The translations under genes were made by a program, and so were the position numbers. The notes below the pieces were generated by a model. It saw only the letters and a list, made by a program, of their open reading frames with translations, was not told the DNA's origin and did no database searches. From the NCBI GenBank assembly GCA_963810095.1, contig CAWEMM010000006.1:992001-1056000 (forward strand): a stretch of DNA of 64,000 nt. The letters run 5' to 3'. Source of the DNA: an uncultured Chloroflexia bacterium (GTDB taxonomy: Bacteria > Chloroflexota > Anaerolineae > CG2-30-64-16). Below, piece after piece: positions 51,941-61,950 of the stretch (position 1 is the stretch's first letter; the number at the start of each line of letters is the position of its first letter).

Positions 51941-52300
51941 TCACACCGGCGGAAAGTGGCGGTCGAACTCGCTCTGCAGGGCATCGTCGAGCGCGGCGGC
52001 GAAGGCGTTAAAGCGGGCGATCAAGTCGCGGCCGAAAGCCGTGACGCTGGCCCCGCCGCCATGCGTGCCACCCACGTGACGCTCCACCAGGCGCGCACCG
52101 AGCCCTTCTTCCATTTCGTCCAGCCTCTCCCAGGCGAGACGGTACTGGACGCCGAGGCGCTCCGCGGCCGCGCTGATCGATCCGGTCGCCTCGATGGCTT
52201 CCAAGAGCTGGACCCGCCAGCGGCTCAAGACTACGCGCTGGTTGCGCTCGATCCACAAGTTGGCGTGGGGCGCCAGCGCGGTAACTGGCTCGTCAATCAT
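51941..52300 (-). CDS. ModE-family winged-helix regulator (DNA-binding domain only)
   Basis: LLEAIEATGSISAAAERLGV.YR.AW..L..ME..LG..LV....GG..GGGA.VT. Confidence 0.88.
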   Translation of the reverse strand: MIDEPVTALAPHANLWIERNQRVVLSRWRVQLLEAIEATGSISAAAERLGVQYRLAWERLDEMEEGLGARLVERHVGGTHGGGASVTAFGRDLIARFNAFAAALDDALQSEFDRHFPPV

Positions 52301-52542
52301 GCTGCACCTTCATTCTTGCTACAGCTTCATTCATACTGCACTTTCATTTATCCTGCACGTTGACCCACTTTTACCGGCATGCTAGAATTCGCGCAAGTCG
52401 GTGGGGGGTCGCGGAGAGACACGGTAACGCGACCCGTTTCCATAGAGTGTAACCCCGCTGCGAGAACTGAATCTAAACGCAGGCCGGCCGCGCGCGGTGC
52501 GTCGATGCTGCGTGGGCCGTTTCAGAGAGGAGGGTCTCGGAT

Positions 52543-53184
52543 ATGGCATTATTGAACGCGCAGATCCGAAAAGACGTGCAGTCTGCGCTGTCAGACGTGG
52601 AGCAGCCCGTCGTGTTCAAAGTCTTCACGCAGGAACTCGAGTGCCAGTATTGCAAGGAAACGCGCGAGCTGGTCGAGGAAGTCGCCTCGCTGTCCGATAA
52701 GCTGTCGGTCGAGGTCTACGACCTGGTGAAGGATGCGGCCATTGCGGAGAGCCTGGGTGTGGACAAGGCGCCCGCCGTTGCCGTCGTGGGCAAAAAAGAC
52801 TACGGCATCCGCATGTTCGGCATCCCGTCGGGCTACGAGTTCGGCAGCCTGATCGAAAGCATCAAGCTCGTCTCCGAAGGCGAGTCTGGGCTTTCGGCGG
52901 AGACGAAGAAGCAAGTCGCCAAGCTGACCAAGCCGGTCAAAATCCAGGTATTCATCACCCCCACCTGACCGTACTGCCCGCGAGCCGTGCTGCTCGCGTA
53001 CCAGCTGGCGCTGGAAAGCGACCTGATCCAGGCGCACATGGTAGAAGTGATCGAGTTCCCCCACCTGGGCACCCAGTATAATGTGATGGGCGTACCGCGC
53101 ACCGTCATTGACGAGACGATCCACATCGAGGGCGCGGTGCCCGAGCCGATGCTGATGCGCGAGTTCCAGAAGTTGCTACAGTAG
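52543..53184 (+). CDS. Protein-disulfide oxidoreductase (two thioredoxin folds); selenoprotein with UPYC
   Basis: First site CQYC, G.PSGYEF, then FITPT-TGA-PYC..; the frame continues to [14 protein letters not shown]; SECIS-like hairpin after the TGA. Confidence 0.85.
52969..53002 (+). promoter_or_regulatory. Candidate bacterial SECIS element
   Basis: CGCGAGC-CGTGCT-GCTCGCG hairpin starting 10 nt after the TGA, with G in the loop and a GTA/TAC lower stem. Confidence 0.65.
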
Positions 53185-53194
53185 CACACGGCTC

Positions 53195-53240
53195 CCTCCG
53201 AGGTCTGGACCCGTGGGTAAAGCTCGGGCCACCTCGGAGG
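53195..53240. repeat. CCTCCGAGGT/ACCTCGGAGG inverted repeat (REP-like or terminator)
   Basis: 10-bp perfect arms; the same 10-mer occurs at ~13801. Confidence 0.45.
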
Positions 53241-53385
53241 TGCCGGCTGCGAGTAGGTGTATTGTAAGCGAGCTTTTTGACGCGCCGGGTCACCTGTCCT
53301 ATAGTTGTACAATCAATTCGTCTCCCAACAGCGCAAAGTGAAACCTCGAGGCTTTCAGAAGCCCTAATACCAGCAGGAGGGTGCA

Positions 53386-54555
53386 GTGACAACACCAGCA
53401 GAGGCGACGAAGCCGGCAGCCAGCAAGGGCGGCGGCCTGGCGGGCATGGTAGTTGCCGATAGCCGTATCAGCTTTGTGGACGGCACGAACGGCATCTTAG
53501 AGTATCGTGGCTATGACATCCGCGTGCTGGCTGACCACAGCACGTTCGAGGAAGTCGCTTTCCTGCTGTGGAACGATCGCTTGCCCACGGCCCAGGAACT
53601 GGACGAGATGAAGCGACAGTCGCGCGCTTGTCGTTTCATGCCGCCCGAGATCATCGCGGCCCTGCGCAACATGCCGCGTAACGCCGATCCGATGGCCGTC
53701 ATGCGGACGATGGCGTCGATGCTGGCGCACTACGACCCGGAGTCGGAAGACAACACCCCGATGGCGCACCAGCACAAGGCGTGCCGCCTGATGGGCCAGC
53801 TCGCTGGGGTCGTGGCCGCGTACGAGCGCATTCGCCGGGGCGAGGAGCCGGTCAAACCACGCATGGACCTCGACCATGCGGCCAATTTCCTCTGGATGCT
53901 GACGGGCGAAGAGCCCGACCCACAGGCCGCGAAGGCGCTGGACCAGTACCTGCTCCTGCTGGCCGAGCACGAGCTGAACGCCTCTACGTTTACCGCACGC
54001 GTGATTGCCTCGACCGGCTCGGACCTGCACTCGGCGATCACAGGCGCCATGGGCGCACTTAAGGGGCCGGCCCACGGCGCGGCCGTGCAGGAGGCCATGG
54101 AGCAGTTCCTGGAGATCGGGACGCTGGACAACGTGGAATCGTGGTTCCACGGCCTGGAGGGCAGCGGCCGCCGGGTGATGGGCATCGGGCACCGCGTCTA
54201 TAAGGTGCGCGACCCCCGCGCCGAGCCGTTGATGAAGAATGTGATGGCGATGGTGGAGGCGACCGGCGAACGGCAGTGGTTTGATATCGCCCAGAAGCTC
54301 GAAGCGGTCGCGATGCAGGACGAGTATTTCCGCTCGCGCAACCTGAGCGCGAACGTGGACTTCTATTCCGCGCCGCTGCTCTACTCGCTGGGCATTCCGG
54401 TCGACGCCTTTACCTGCATGTTCGCAATGAGCCGCATCGTGGGCTGGACCGCGCACGTCTACGAGCAGCAGGCGAACAACCGCCTCATCCGCCCGCTCTC
54501 TAACTGGATGGGCGAGCACCAGCTCCCGTGGGTCCCGATGGAGCAACGCGGGTAA
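53386..54555 (+). CDS. Citrate synthase (short type; a 2-methylcitrate synthase is not excluded)
   Basis: GILEYRGY, EHELNAST, GPAHG, MGIGHRVYK..DPRA, ANVDFY, LIRP; AGGAGG RBS before a GTG start. Confidence 0.92.
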   Translation: MTTPAEATKPAASKGGGLAGMVVADSRISFVDGTNGILEYRGYDIRVLADHSTFEEVAFLLWNDRLPTAQELDEMKRQSRACRFMPPEIIAALRNMPRNADPMAVMRTMASMLAHYDPESEDNTPMAHQHKACRLMGQLAGVVAAYERIRRGEEPVKPRMDLDHAANFLWMLTGEEPDPQAAKALDQYLLLLAEHELNASTFTARVIASTGSDLHSAITGAMGALKGPAHGAAVQEAMEQFLEIGTLDNVESWFHGLEGSGRRVMGIGHRVYKVRDPRAEPLMKNVMAMVEATGERQWFDIAQKLEAVAMQDEYFRSRNLSANVDFYSAPLLYSLGIPVDAFTCMFAMSRIVGWTAHVYEQQANNRLIRPLSNWMGEHQLPWVPMEQRG

Positions 54556-54563
54556 CGCCGGCA

Positions 54564-54634
54564 GCTTTAAACACAGAGGCACAAAGACACAAGAGCCATT
54601 CTTCTTCGTGACTTTGTGTCTTTGTGTTTAAAGC
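54564..54634. repeat. Inverted repeat of 9-nt units (CACAAAGAC family), copy 3
   Basis: GCTTTAAACACAGAGGCACAAAGACAC ... GTGACTTTGTGTCTTTGTGTTTAAAGC. Confidence 0.7.
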
Positions 54635-54639
54635 CGTCT

Positions 54640-55935
54640 CTACATCCAGTGCTGCTGCTTGGCGAAGTAGAGCAATTCCTCTCGGAACTGCGGCGCCGCG
54701 ATGTTGGCGAGCGCCTGGACGCGTTCGTGTACGCTGCGGGCAAAGAGGTCGGCCGCGCCGTACTCCGTGACCACGAAACGCACATGATTGCGCGTCGTCA
54801 CCACGCCCGCGCCCTGCTTGAGCATCGGCACGATCCGGCTGATCGTCCCGTCCTTCGCCGTCGCCGGCAGTGCGATGATCGGGACGCCGCCCGGCGAACG
54901 GAGCGCGCCGTACATGAAGTCGAGCTGCCCGCCCGTGCCGCTGAAGAAGGTGGGGCCGATCGAATCGGCGCACACCTGGCCCGTCAGGTCCACCTCCAGC
55001 GCCGAGTTAATGGCGACCTGTTTGCTGTTCTGCGCAATCACGAACGGGTCGTTGACATAGTCTTGCGGGTGGAACTCGAACATGGGGTTGTTGTCCATGT
55101 AGTCGTACAGCCGCTGCGAGCCCAGCGCAAAGCCCGCCACGCACTTCCCCCGGTGGATCGTCTTGGCCGCGTTCGTCAGCACGCCGGCCTCGATCAGCTC
55201 GATGACCCCGTCCGAGAAAAGCTCCGTGTGGACGCCCAGGTCTTTTTTGCCCTTCAGATAAAGGAGGACGGCGTCGGGAATCTCCCCGATGCCCATCTGC
55301 ATGGTCGCGCCGTCGGGGATCAGGTCCGCGATGTTCGACGCGATCTGCTTCTGCAGCTCGCCGGGCGAGCCCATCGGCACCTCGACGATCGGGTAGCTCA
55401 CCGGCACGATGTGCGTGAGCCGGGTGACATGGATGAAACTATCGCCCAGCGCCCGGGGCATCTGATCGTTGACCTCGGCGATGACGATCTCGGCCGACTC
55501 GGCCGCCGGCTTCGTCAGGCCCACCTCGACCCCGAACGTACAATAACCATGTTCGTCGGGCGGCGAGCAGTGGATCATCGCCACCCGGGGCTTGAGCAGG
55601 GCCGGGTCGCGCAGTGCGCGCGGGATCTGGCTGAGGTGGATCGGCGTGAAATCGGCCCGCCCCTCGTTGACTGCCTTGCGCACGTTGTGGCTGATGAAGA
55701 GCGAATTGACCCGCAGATGCCCCTCCATGTCCGGCGCCACGTATTCCGCCGGACCGATGGTCAGCACCTGGACGATCTCCACGTCTTCGAGGTCGGGCGC
55801 CCGGCGCACCAGGGCGGCCAACAACTCGCGCGGCACGGAGCAGTTGCCCGTCATAAAGATGCGGTCGTGTGACTGGATCGCTTCGACGGCCATATCGGCC
55901 GAGCACAGCCGGTTATGATACGAGGCCCCCTTCAT
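54640..55935 (-). CDS. Acetyl-CoA hydrolase / 4-hydroxybutyrate CoA-transferase family protein
   Basis: SPPDEHG, QMGIGEIP, LGVHTE, DLTGQV, SGTGGQLDF, VVTEYG. Confidence 0.92.
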   Translation of the reverse strand: MKGASYHNRLCSADMAVEAIQSHDRIFMTGNCSVPRELLAALVRRAPDLEDVEIVQVLTIGPAEYVAPDMEGHLRVNSLFISHNVRKAVNEGRADFTPIHLSQIPRALRDPALLKPRVAMIHCSPPDEHGYCTFGVEVGLTKPAAESAEIVIAEVNDQMPRALGDSFIHVTRLTHIVPVSYPIVEVPMGSPGELQKQIASNIADLIPDGATMQMGIGEIPDAVLLYLKGKKDLGVHTELFSDGVIELIEAGVLTNAAKTIHRGKCVAGFALGSQRLYDYMDNNPMFEFHPQDYVNDPFVIAQNSKQVAINSALEVDLTGQVCADSIGPTFFSGTGGQLDFMYGALRSPGGVPIIALPATAKDGTISRIVPMLKQGAGVVTTRNHVRFVVTEYGAADLFARSVHERVQALANIAAPQFREELLYFAKQQHWM

Positions 55936-57065
55936 AGGCCACCTCCGATTCCGTTGGTCGAGGCGTAGCTGGGGGGAGGATTGCCCTCGAGCGAACGCGC
56001 GAGGCCTTGGTGAACCACCTTGCCGTCGTACGTGTTCAGGCCATGGCGCAGCGCGCGGTTCGTCGCGAGCGCCGGGGCCAGGCCCTTCTCCGCGATCTCC
56101 ATGATGTAAGGCCAGGCCGCGTTGTTGAACGTGTGCGTCGTCGTGCGCGCGACCACCCCGGTCATGTTGGGCACGCAGTAGTGGGTCACACCCTCTTCGA
56201 TGTAGGTGGGATTCTGGTAGGTCGTCGGGCGACTCGTCTCGACGCAGCCGCCCTGGTCGATGGCGATGTCCATGATGACCGAACGCGGTTTCATGGTGCA
56301 GACCATCTCACGCGTCACCAGGTGCGGCGTGCGTGCGCCGGGCGCAAGGACCGCCCCCACCAGGACGTCGGCCCGCTTGACGGCGCGCGCGATATTGAAG
56401 TCATAAGCGACGATGGTGTCCGCCTTGCACCCGCTGTCCTCCAGCTGCTGAAGGCGTGACACTTCGGAGTCGAGGATCGTGACGTGCGCGCCCATGGCCT
56501 GAAAGATGCGGGCCGCGTTGCTGCCGACCGTGCCCGCGCCCAGGATGACTACGCGCGCAGGCGGGACCCCAGGCACGCCTCCCAACAGGATGCCGTGCCC
56601 GCCCTCGTTGTTCTGCAGCAACTGCGCGGCGATGTGGGGGATCATACGCCCGGCGACCTGGCTGGCCGCGGCGAGCACGGGCAGGTGCCCATGCCCGTCC
56701 TGGATGGTCTCATAGCCGATCGCCGTAATCTTGCGTTCGAGCAGCAGTTCGATCTTACGCGGATGTGCGACGGCCAGGTGCAGGAACCCGCACAGGATCT
56801 GCCCTTCCTGGAGGAGGTCGAAGTCCGTTAGCTGGGGTCGGGAGACCGTGAGCAGCATTTCGGACCGGCCGAACACCTCTTCGGTCGAGTAACAGATCTG
56901 CGCGCCCGCCTCGCGGTAGCGTTCGTCTTCGAAGCCGCTGCCGGTGCCCGCGTCGCGTTCCACGTAGACCCGGTGGCCCATGCGCGTCAGGATTTCGACG
57001 CCCATTGGCGTGAGGCCCGCTCGATAGTCAAACGGTCGTTTTTGCTTGGGGATTCCGATATCCAT
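55932..57065 (-). CDS. ald: Alanine dehydrogenase
   Basis: IGIPK, FLHLA, YETI, GILLGGVPGV, GAGTVG, DQGGCVETS, HYCVPNM. Confidence 0.92.
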   Translation of the reverse strand: MDIGIPKQKRPFDYRAGLTPMGVEILTRMGHRVYVERDAGTGSGFEDERYREAGAQICYSTEEVFGRSEMLLTVSRPQLTDFDLLQEGQILCGFLHLAVAHPRKIELLLERKITAIGYETIQDGHGHLPVLAAASQVAGRMIPHIAAQLLQNNEGGHGILLGGVPGVPPARVVILGAGTVGSNAARIFQAMGAHVTILDSEVSRLQQLEDSGCKADTIVAYDFNIARAVKRADVLVGAVLAPGARTPHLVTREMVCTMKPRSVIMDIAIDQGGCVETSRPTTYQNPTYIEEGVTHYCVPNMTGVVARTTTHTFNNAAWPYIMEIAEKGLAPALATNRALRHGLNTYDGKVVHQGLARSLEGNPPPSYASTNGIGGGL

Positions 57066-57122
57066 AATGACCCTCCTCCTCGAGGTGCTGGGGACTGAGT
57101 CGTAGGGCGGTGCTGCTCGGGC

Positions 57123-58457
57123 TCAGCCGTCCAGCCGGCGCTGAATCTCCTGTTTGACGGCCCCTGCGTCGGCCGGCAATTCCACCGGCGGGTTGCGATG
57201 CCGGGCGACGATGTCGGGCAGCGTGCCTTCGTGATAATTGACCTTGAACTCGCTGAACTTCAACCCGTGTGCGGTGGAGATAACCACCACCCGCTCTCCC
57301 GGTTGGATCGTGCCCTGGGTCGCCAGCTTCCGCGCCACCGCCAGGGCCACCCCCGTATGGGGATCGGTGTACAGACCGCGGCGATCGGCCAGCGCACAAG
57401 CCTCTGCCAGTTCGTCCTCGCTTGCCTGCTCGACCACCCCGTCGAAGTCACGGAGCGCAAACACGGCCTTTTCGTAGCTCACTGGGTTGCCGATGCGAAT
57501 GGCCGAGGCGGCGGTGCTGCCCGCGGTGACGGGCTCGAGGCGGTCGAAGCCCCGCCGGTACGCGAGATAGAGCGGATTGGCCCGCTGCGCCTGCGCCGCG
57601 GCCAGCCGCGGCAGCCGGTCGATCAGGCCCAGCCGCTTGGCGAGCGCCAGGCCCTTCGCCAGGGCCGAAATGTTGCCCAGGTTGCCCGACGGCAGGATGA
57701 TCCAGTCGGGCGCGCGCCAGCCGAGCTGCTGGACGATCTCGATGCCGACGGTCTTTTGGCCTTCGACCCGCAGCGAGTTCATCGAATTGGCCAGGTAGAT
57801 CGAATCGTCGCGCGTCACATCCTGGACGATCCGCATGCAGCCGTCAAAGTCGGTATCGAGCGCCAGCACCAGCGCGCCGTGGCTGATCGGTTGGATAAGC
57901 TGTGCCGTCGTGATCTTGCCGCGGGGCAAGAACACGATCGTTGGGATGCCGGCCGCCGCGCCGTACGCCGCCAGGGCGGCGGAGGTATCGCCCGTCGAAG
58001 CGCACGCAACCGCCCGGACTGGACTGTTTCCAGCCACCATCATCTGCCTGACCGCGCTGACCAGCACCGTCATGCCCAGGTCCTTGAACGAGCCGGTGTG
58101 GCTGATGCCGCACTGCTTGACCCACAGATCGTCCAGCCCCAGGTCGCATGCGAGGCCGGGCACGGGCAGCAGCGGCGTCCAGCCCTCGCCCAGGGTGACG
58201 ACATTCTCCGGCGCCAGCTGGGGCAACACCCAGTCGCGCTTGTCCCACACGCCCGACGACGTTCGCTGACCGTCGAACGCGGCCCGCCAGCCCGCGCCAT
58301 CCGCGGCCGCGGCCAGCTGCGTCTCGTCGTGGGCCACCTCGAGTAAACCGTCGCAGTGGGGACAGCGATAGATCACGCTGAAGACATCGTAACGGCCGGG
58401 ACATCCGCGCACGCAGCGATAGGCAGCGGCAAAGGCCGGGGAAGCTCGCTCTAGCAT
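57123..58457 (-). CDS. thrC: Threonine synthase
   Basis: [49 protein letters not shown]. Confidence 0.93.
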   Translation of the reverse strand: MLERASPAFAAAYRCVRGCPGRYDVFSVIYRCPHCDGLLEVAHDETQLAAAADGAGWRAAFDGQRTSSGVWDKRDWVLPQLAPENVVTLGEGWTPLLPVPGLACDLGLDDLWVKQCGISHTGSFKDLGMTVLVSAVRQMMVAGNSPVRAVACASTGDTSAALAAYGAAAGIPTIVFLPRGKITTAQLIQPISHGALVLALDTDFDGCMRIVQDVTRDDSIYLANSMNSLRVEGQKTVGIEIVQQLGWRAPDWIILPSGNLGNISALAKGLALAKRLGLIDRLPRLAAAQAQRANPLYLAYRRGFDRLEPVTAGSTAASAIRIGNPVSYEKAVFALRDFDGVVEQASEDELAEACALADRRGLYTDPHTGVALAVARKLATQGTIQPGERVVVISTAHGLKFSEFKVNYHEGTLPDIVARHRNPPVELPADAGAVKQEIQRRLDG

Positions 58458-58602
58458 GGGGCCAGTTTAGCATCGACTGGCGCTTTGGGCAAAGACGTGT
58501 TTCGCTTTCAGGTGAACAAAGCCTAGTTGTCCCGCCCCCCGAGTTGGGGTAAACTACCCCCTGTCAATCCTTCCGTCACCTCTTTATGACATGGATGTGC
58601 GT

Positions 58603-60270
58603 ATGCCAAAGAAGTCATTGCTACTCGTCGTGCTTGGCGTCGTCGCGCTGCTGCTCGTTGCCGGCGTCGCCTATTTTTGGGCCACCGGCGCCATCGATTC
58701 GCTGTATGCATTTCGTTCGCCCCTGGCAAGTGATCCGCCTGCGGCCGGCCCCGCGCTTGGCAATCCCCTGACCCGGCGTGTCGTGTTCGTGCTCGTCGAC
58801 GGCCTGCGTAAGGATACGGCGGACGACGCTTCCGTGATGCCCTTCCTGGCCGAACTGCGGGCCAAGGGCGCATCGGCAACCGTCCACAGTGGAGTTCCCT
58901 CCTTCTCTGCACCCTCGTACACGGTCCTGTTCAGCGGAGCGGCGCCCGACGTGAGCGACGGTCCCGCGGTGAATCTTGCCTACGACGAGTACTGGCCGTG
59001 GACGCAGGATAACCTGTTCTCGGCGGTCAAGCGGGCGGGCGGCAGGACGGCCGTCTCGGGTTACAACTGGTTTGAGAAGCTCATCCCACAGGATACGGTC
59101 GCGGACAGCTTTTACACGCCGGGCGAGGACAAGACGGCGGATCGGGCGGTGGTCGATGCGGCCCTGCCGTGGCTGAAGGACGCCCAGGATAACCTGGTGC
59201 TGATCCATCTCGACCAGGTCGACTATGCGGGACACCATGAGGGCGGCGCCCGGAGCCCGAACTGGACTGCCGCGGCTCGGCGGTCCGACGACCTGTTGCG
59301 TGAGATCGCAGCGACCCTTGACCTCTCCCAGGATACGATCGTCGTCACCAGCGACCACGGGCACCTCGACCAGGGCGGCCACGGCGGGCCCGAGCCGATT
59401 CTGCTGCTCGAACCCCTCGTGATGGCCGGCGCGGGCGTCAAGCCCGGCACGTACGGCGACACAAACCAGGTCGACACTGCGCCGACGTTGGCCGCGCTGC
59501 TGGGCACGAACATACCCGCCTCCGCGCAGGGCCGGGTGCGCACCGAGATGCTGGCCCTCCCGGCCGCGGGTCTGGAGGCAGTGACGGCGGCGGAGACCGC
59601 TCAAAAACGAACGCTGGCCGAGGCCTACGGGGCGGCGATTGGCCGGCCGATCGACGCACAGCTTTCCTCCGCCGAGCAAGCAGCGCAGGCGATGCCGTCG
59701 GCCAAGCTCAACCGGCTCAACACGGAGCGCCTGCCCCGGTTGATCGTTGCGGTCCTCGTCCTCGCAGTGCTTGCGGTCGTCCTGATTCGAGTCCGCGGTC
59801 GCGCGCTCGCCTGGGGCGTGCTCGGTTCGGTGGTCTATCTCGCCCTCTTCAACTTTCGCTACCTCGTGCTCAGCCACCGCACCTACTCGCTCACCACGGT
59901 CACGGGCGCAAATGAGTTGATCATGTACGTACTCGTCACCGTGTTGCTGGCCTTTGTCATTGGCTGGCTGGTCTTCGCTCTGGGGACGCGGTTGTTCGCG
60001 CACGCCCCCATCGAGGCGGCGCGCCTGACGCTCGGGTGGGCTTTGTTGACTTTCGCCATCACCGGCCTGCCCGCGCTGGTCAGCTTCGCCTGGAACGGTC
60101 CGCTCATTGGCTGGACCCTGCCCGAGATGTGGACCTTCTTCGCGGGCTTCCTGGCCACGCTGCAAATCCTGTTCATCGCCGTCTTCGGCATCCTGTTTGC
60201 GGGGGTCGCAGCCCTGGTTGCCCGCCTGCGCCGTCCGGCTGCGAGGTCACTTGAACAGCGCCCCGCTTGA
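58603..60270 (+). CDS. Membrane-bound alkaline-phosphatase-superfamily (NPP / phosphoethanolamine-transferase-like) protein
   Basis: N-terminal TM; VLVDGLR.D, PSFS.P, HLDQVDYAGH, TSDHG....GHGG; about 5-6 C-terminal TM helices. Confidence 0.82.
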   Translation: MPKKSLLLVVLGVVALLLVAGVAYFWATGAIDSLYAFRSPLASDPPAAGPALGNPLTRRVVFVLVDGLRKDTADDASVMPFLAELRAKGASATVHSGVPSFSAPSYTVLFSGAAPDVSDGPAVNLAYDEYWPWTQDNLFSAVKRAGGRTAVSGYNWFEKLIPQDTVADSFYTPGEDKTADRAVVDAALPWLKDAQDNLVLIHLDQVDYAGHHEGGARSPNWTAAARRSDDLLREIAATLDLSQDTIVVTSDHGHLDQGGHGGPEPILLLEPLVMAGAGVKPGTYGDTNQVDTAPTLAALLGTNIPASAQGRVRTEMLALPAAGLEAVTAAETAQKRTLAEAYGAAIGRPIDAQLSSAEQAAQAMPSAKLNRLNTERLPRLIVAVLVLAVLAVVLIRVRGRALAWGVLGSVVYLALFNFRYLVLSHRTYSLTTVTGANELIMYVLVTVLLAFVIGWLVFALGTRLFAHAPIEAARLTLGWALLTFAITGLPALVSFAWNGPLIGWTLPEMWTFFAGFLATLQILFIAVFGILFAGVAALVARLRRPAARSLEQRPA

Positions 60271-61477
60271 TGGGACCGCGGCGCGTCTGCCGCGCAGGCG
60301 CCTGATCGTCCTGACTTGCGCCACGATGGCGCAGCACGGCATCGTCCTTCTGCTTGCCGGCGCCTTGCTCCCTGCGATGATGAGGACCTTTGACATCCGG
60401 GAGGCCTCGGCCGGCCTGCTGCTGGGCGCGGGCGCGCTCGGGTTTGTCATCGGCCCGTTCCTCGCCGGCCTGCTCTCCGACCGCGCCGGCGCGCGGACGG
60501 TCTTTCTCGTCGGCCTCGGCGGCGAGGCGGTCATGCTGGCAGCCGTGAGCCTGTCGCCAACCTTTGCCGCGGCGACCGTGACCTTTTTCCTCCTGAACCT
60601 GGCAGCGGGCTTCATCGAGACCCCGGTCAACATCGTGCCGACAGTGGTCGGCAACGGCAAGAGCGGCTCGTTGATGAACATCGTGCACATGTTCTTCAGC
60701 ATCGGCGCGTTCATCTGCCCATTCCTCGCCGGCCTTCTGCTGAGCATGACGGGAAGCTGGCGGCCGGTGTGGCTGCTGGCCATCGTGCCCACAGTCATCC
60801 TGTTCGTCGCGTTCCTGCTCACGCCCTTCTCGACCCGGCTGGCCACGGCCAAGAGCAGCGCGCCCCGGCCGAAGATGCTCCAGGTGCTCAAAGAGCGCGC
60901 GATCCTCTTCGGCGCCATCGCGATGTTCCTATACGTCGCCGCAGAATTTGGCGCGTCGAGCTGGACGACCCTGTACCTCGAAAAGAGCCTTGGCTTCGCA
61001 ACGCTCGCCGCCACCTCCGGCCTATCCGTTCTGTGGTTGGGCCTGCTCATCGGCCGCTTTGCAAACAGCCGGCTTGCACTGGTGCGGGCGAGCGGCGAGT
61101 TGGTGTTGTGGAGCGGCCTGGCGGGGCTGGCGGCCGGCTTGCTGCTGCTGACCGCGCAAACGGTGGTCATGGCCTACCTGTGGCTCTTCGCCCTCGGCCT
61201 GTGCATGTCGGGCATTTATCCGAACATCATGGCCGAGCTGAACGGCCGCAACCCCGCCCGGATGGGGCTCATCACCGGCTTCCTGGCGCAGGCCGCCGCC
61301 TTCGGCACCCTCGCGGCCCAGCCCACCCTCGGGATCGTCGCGCAGACGGTGAGCCTGCCCGTTGCCCTGGCAATCCCCGCTATCCTGATGGGCCTGGTGG
61401 CGCTGACTACGTTCCTGGGGGCAGGCAGCATGGCGGCGCTGCGGGAACAGCCGGCAGACGCCGAGGCAGGGGCATGA
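60251..61477 (+). CDS. MFS transporter (FucP/TsgA-like)
   Basis: About 12 TM helices, GLLSDRAGAR, FLYVAAE..W; probable TTG start after GAGG. Confidence 0.85.
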   Translation: MNSAPLDGTAARLPRRRLIVLTCATMAQHGIVLLLAGALLPAMMRTFDIREASAGLLLGAGALGFVIGPFLAGLLSDRAGARTVFLVGLGGEAVMLAAVSLSPTFAAATVTFFLLNLAAGFIETPVNIVPTVVGNGKSGSLMNIVHMFFSIGAFICPFLAGLLLSMTGSWRPVWLLAIVPTVILFVAFLLTPFSTRLATAKSSAPRPKMLQVLKERAILFGAIAMFLYVAAEFGASSWTTLYLEKSLGFATLAATSGLSVLWLGLLIGRFANSRLALVRASGELVLWSGLAGLAAGLLLLTAQTVVMAYLWLFALGLCMSGIYPNIMAELNGRNPARMGLITGFLAQAAAFGTLAAQPTLGIVAQTVSLPVALAIPAILMGLVALTTFLGAGSMAALREQPADAEAGA

Positions 61478-61950
61478 AACCGCCATTCGGGCCCGGCGAT
61501 CTGGGGCAGTTCATCCTCGAGCAGGGCATTGACGCAGCCATCGTGCCCATGACTATGGAGACGCCCACCGTGCCCGCAGCGGCCGAGGCGCTCGGCGTGA
61601 CGCCTGCCCAAATCATCAAGACGCTTGTCTTCCTGGTCAGGGAGACGCCGCTCATTGTCATTGCGAGCGGGGATATCCTCGTCGACCGGCGGCCCCTGGC
61701 CGGCCGCTTCGGGGTGGGCAAGAAACAGGTGCGGCTCGCCGATCCTGCGACCGCACTCGCCGTCACCGGCTACGAGGTGGGCGGGGTTCCGCCTTTCGGG
61801 CACGTGACGGCCGTTGCCGTGCTCCTGGACGAACGGATTCGGGCGTGGGAAGTCATTTATGGCGGCGGCGGCGATGACCGCACGTTGCTTCGGGTAACGC
61901 CGGACGAACTGGCACGCGTCACCCGGGGCCAGTGGGTGATGCTGTCCTAG
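61474..61950 (+). CDS. YbaK/EbsC-family tRNA-editing domain protein
   Basis: TPTV..AA.ALG..QIIKTLVF, TGY.VGGVPPFG, GGG. Confidence 0.9.
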   Translation: MKPPFGPGDLGQFILEQGIDAAIVPMTMETPTVPAAAEALGVTPAQIIKTLVFLVRETPLIVIASGDILVDRRPLAGRFGVGKKQVRLADPATALAVTGYEVGGVPPFGHVTAVAVLLDERIRAWEVIYGGGGDDRTLLRVTPDELARVTRGQWVMLS

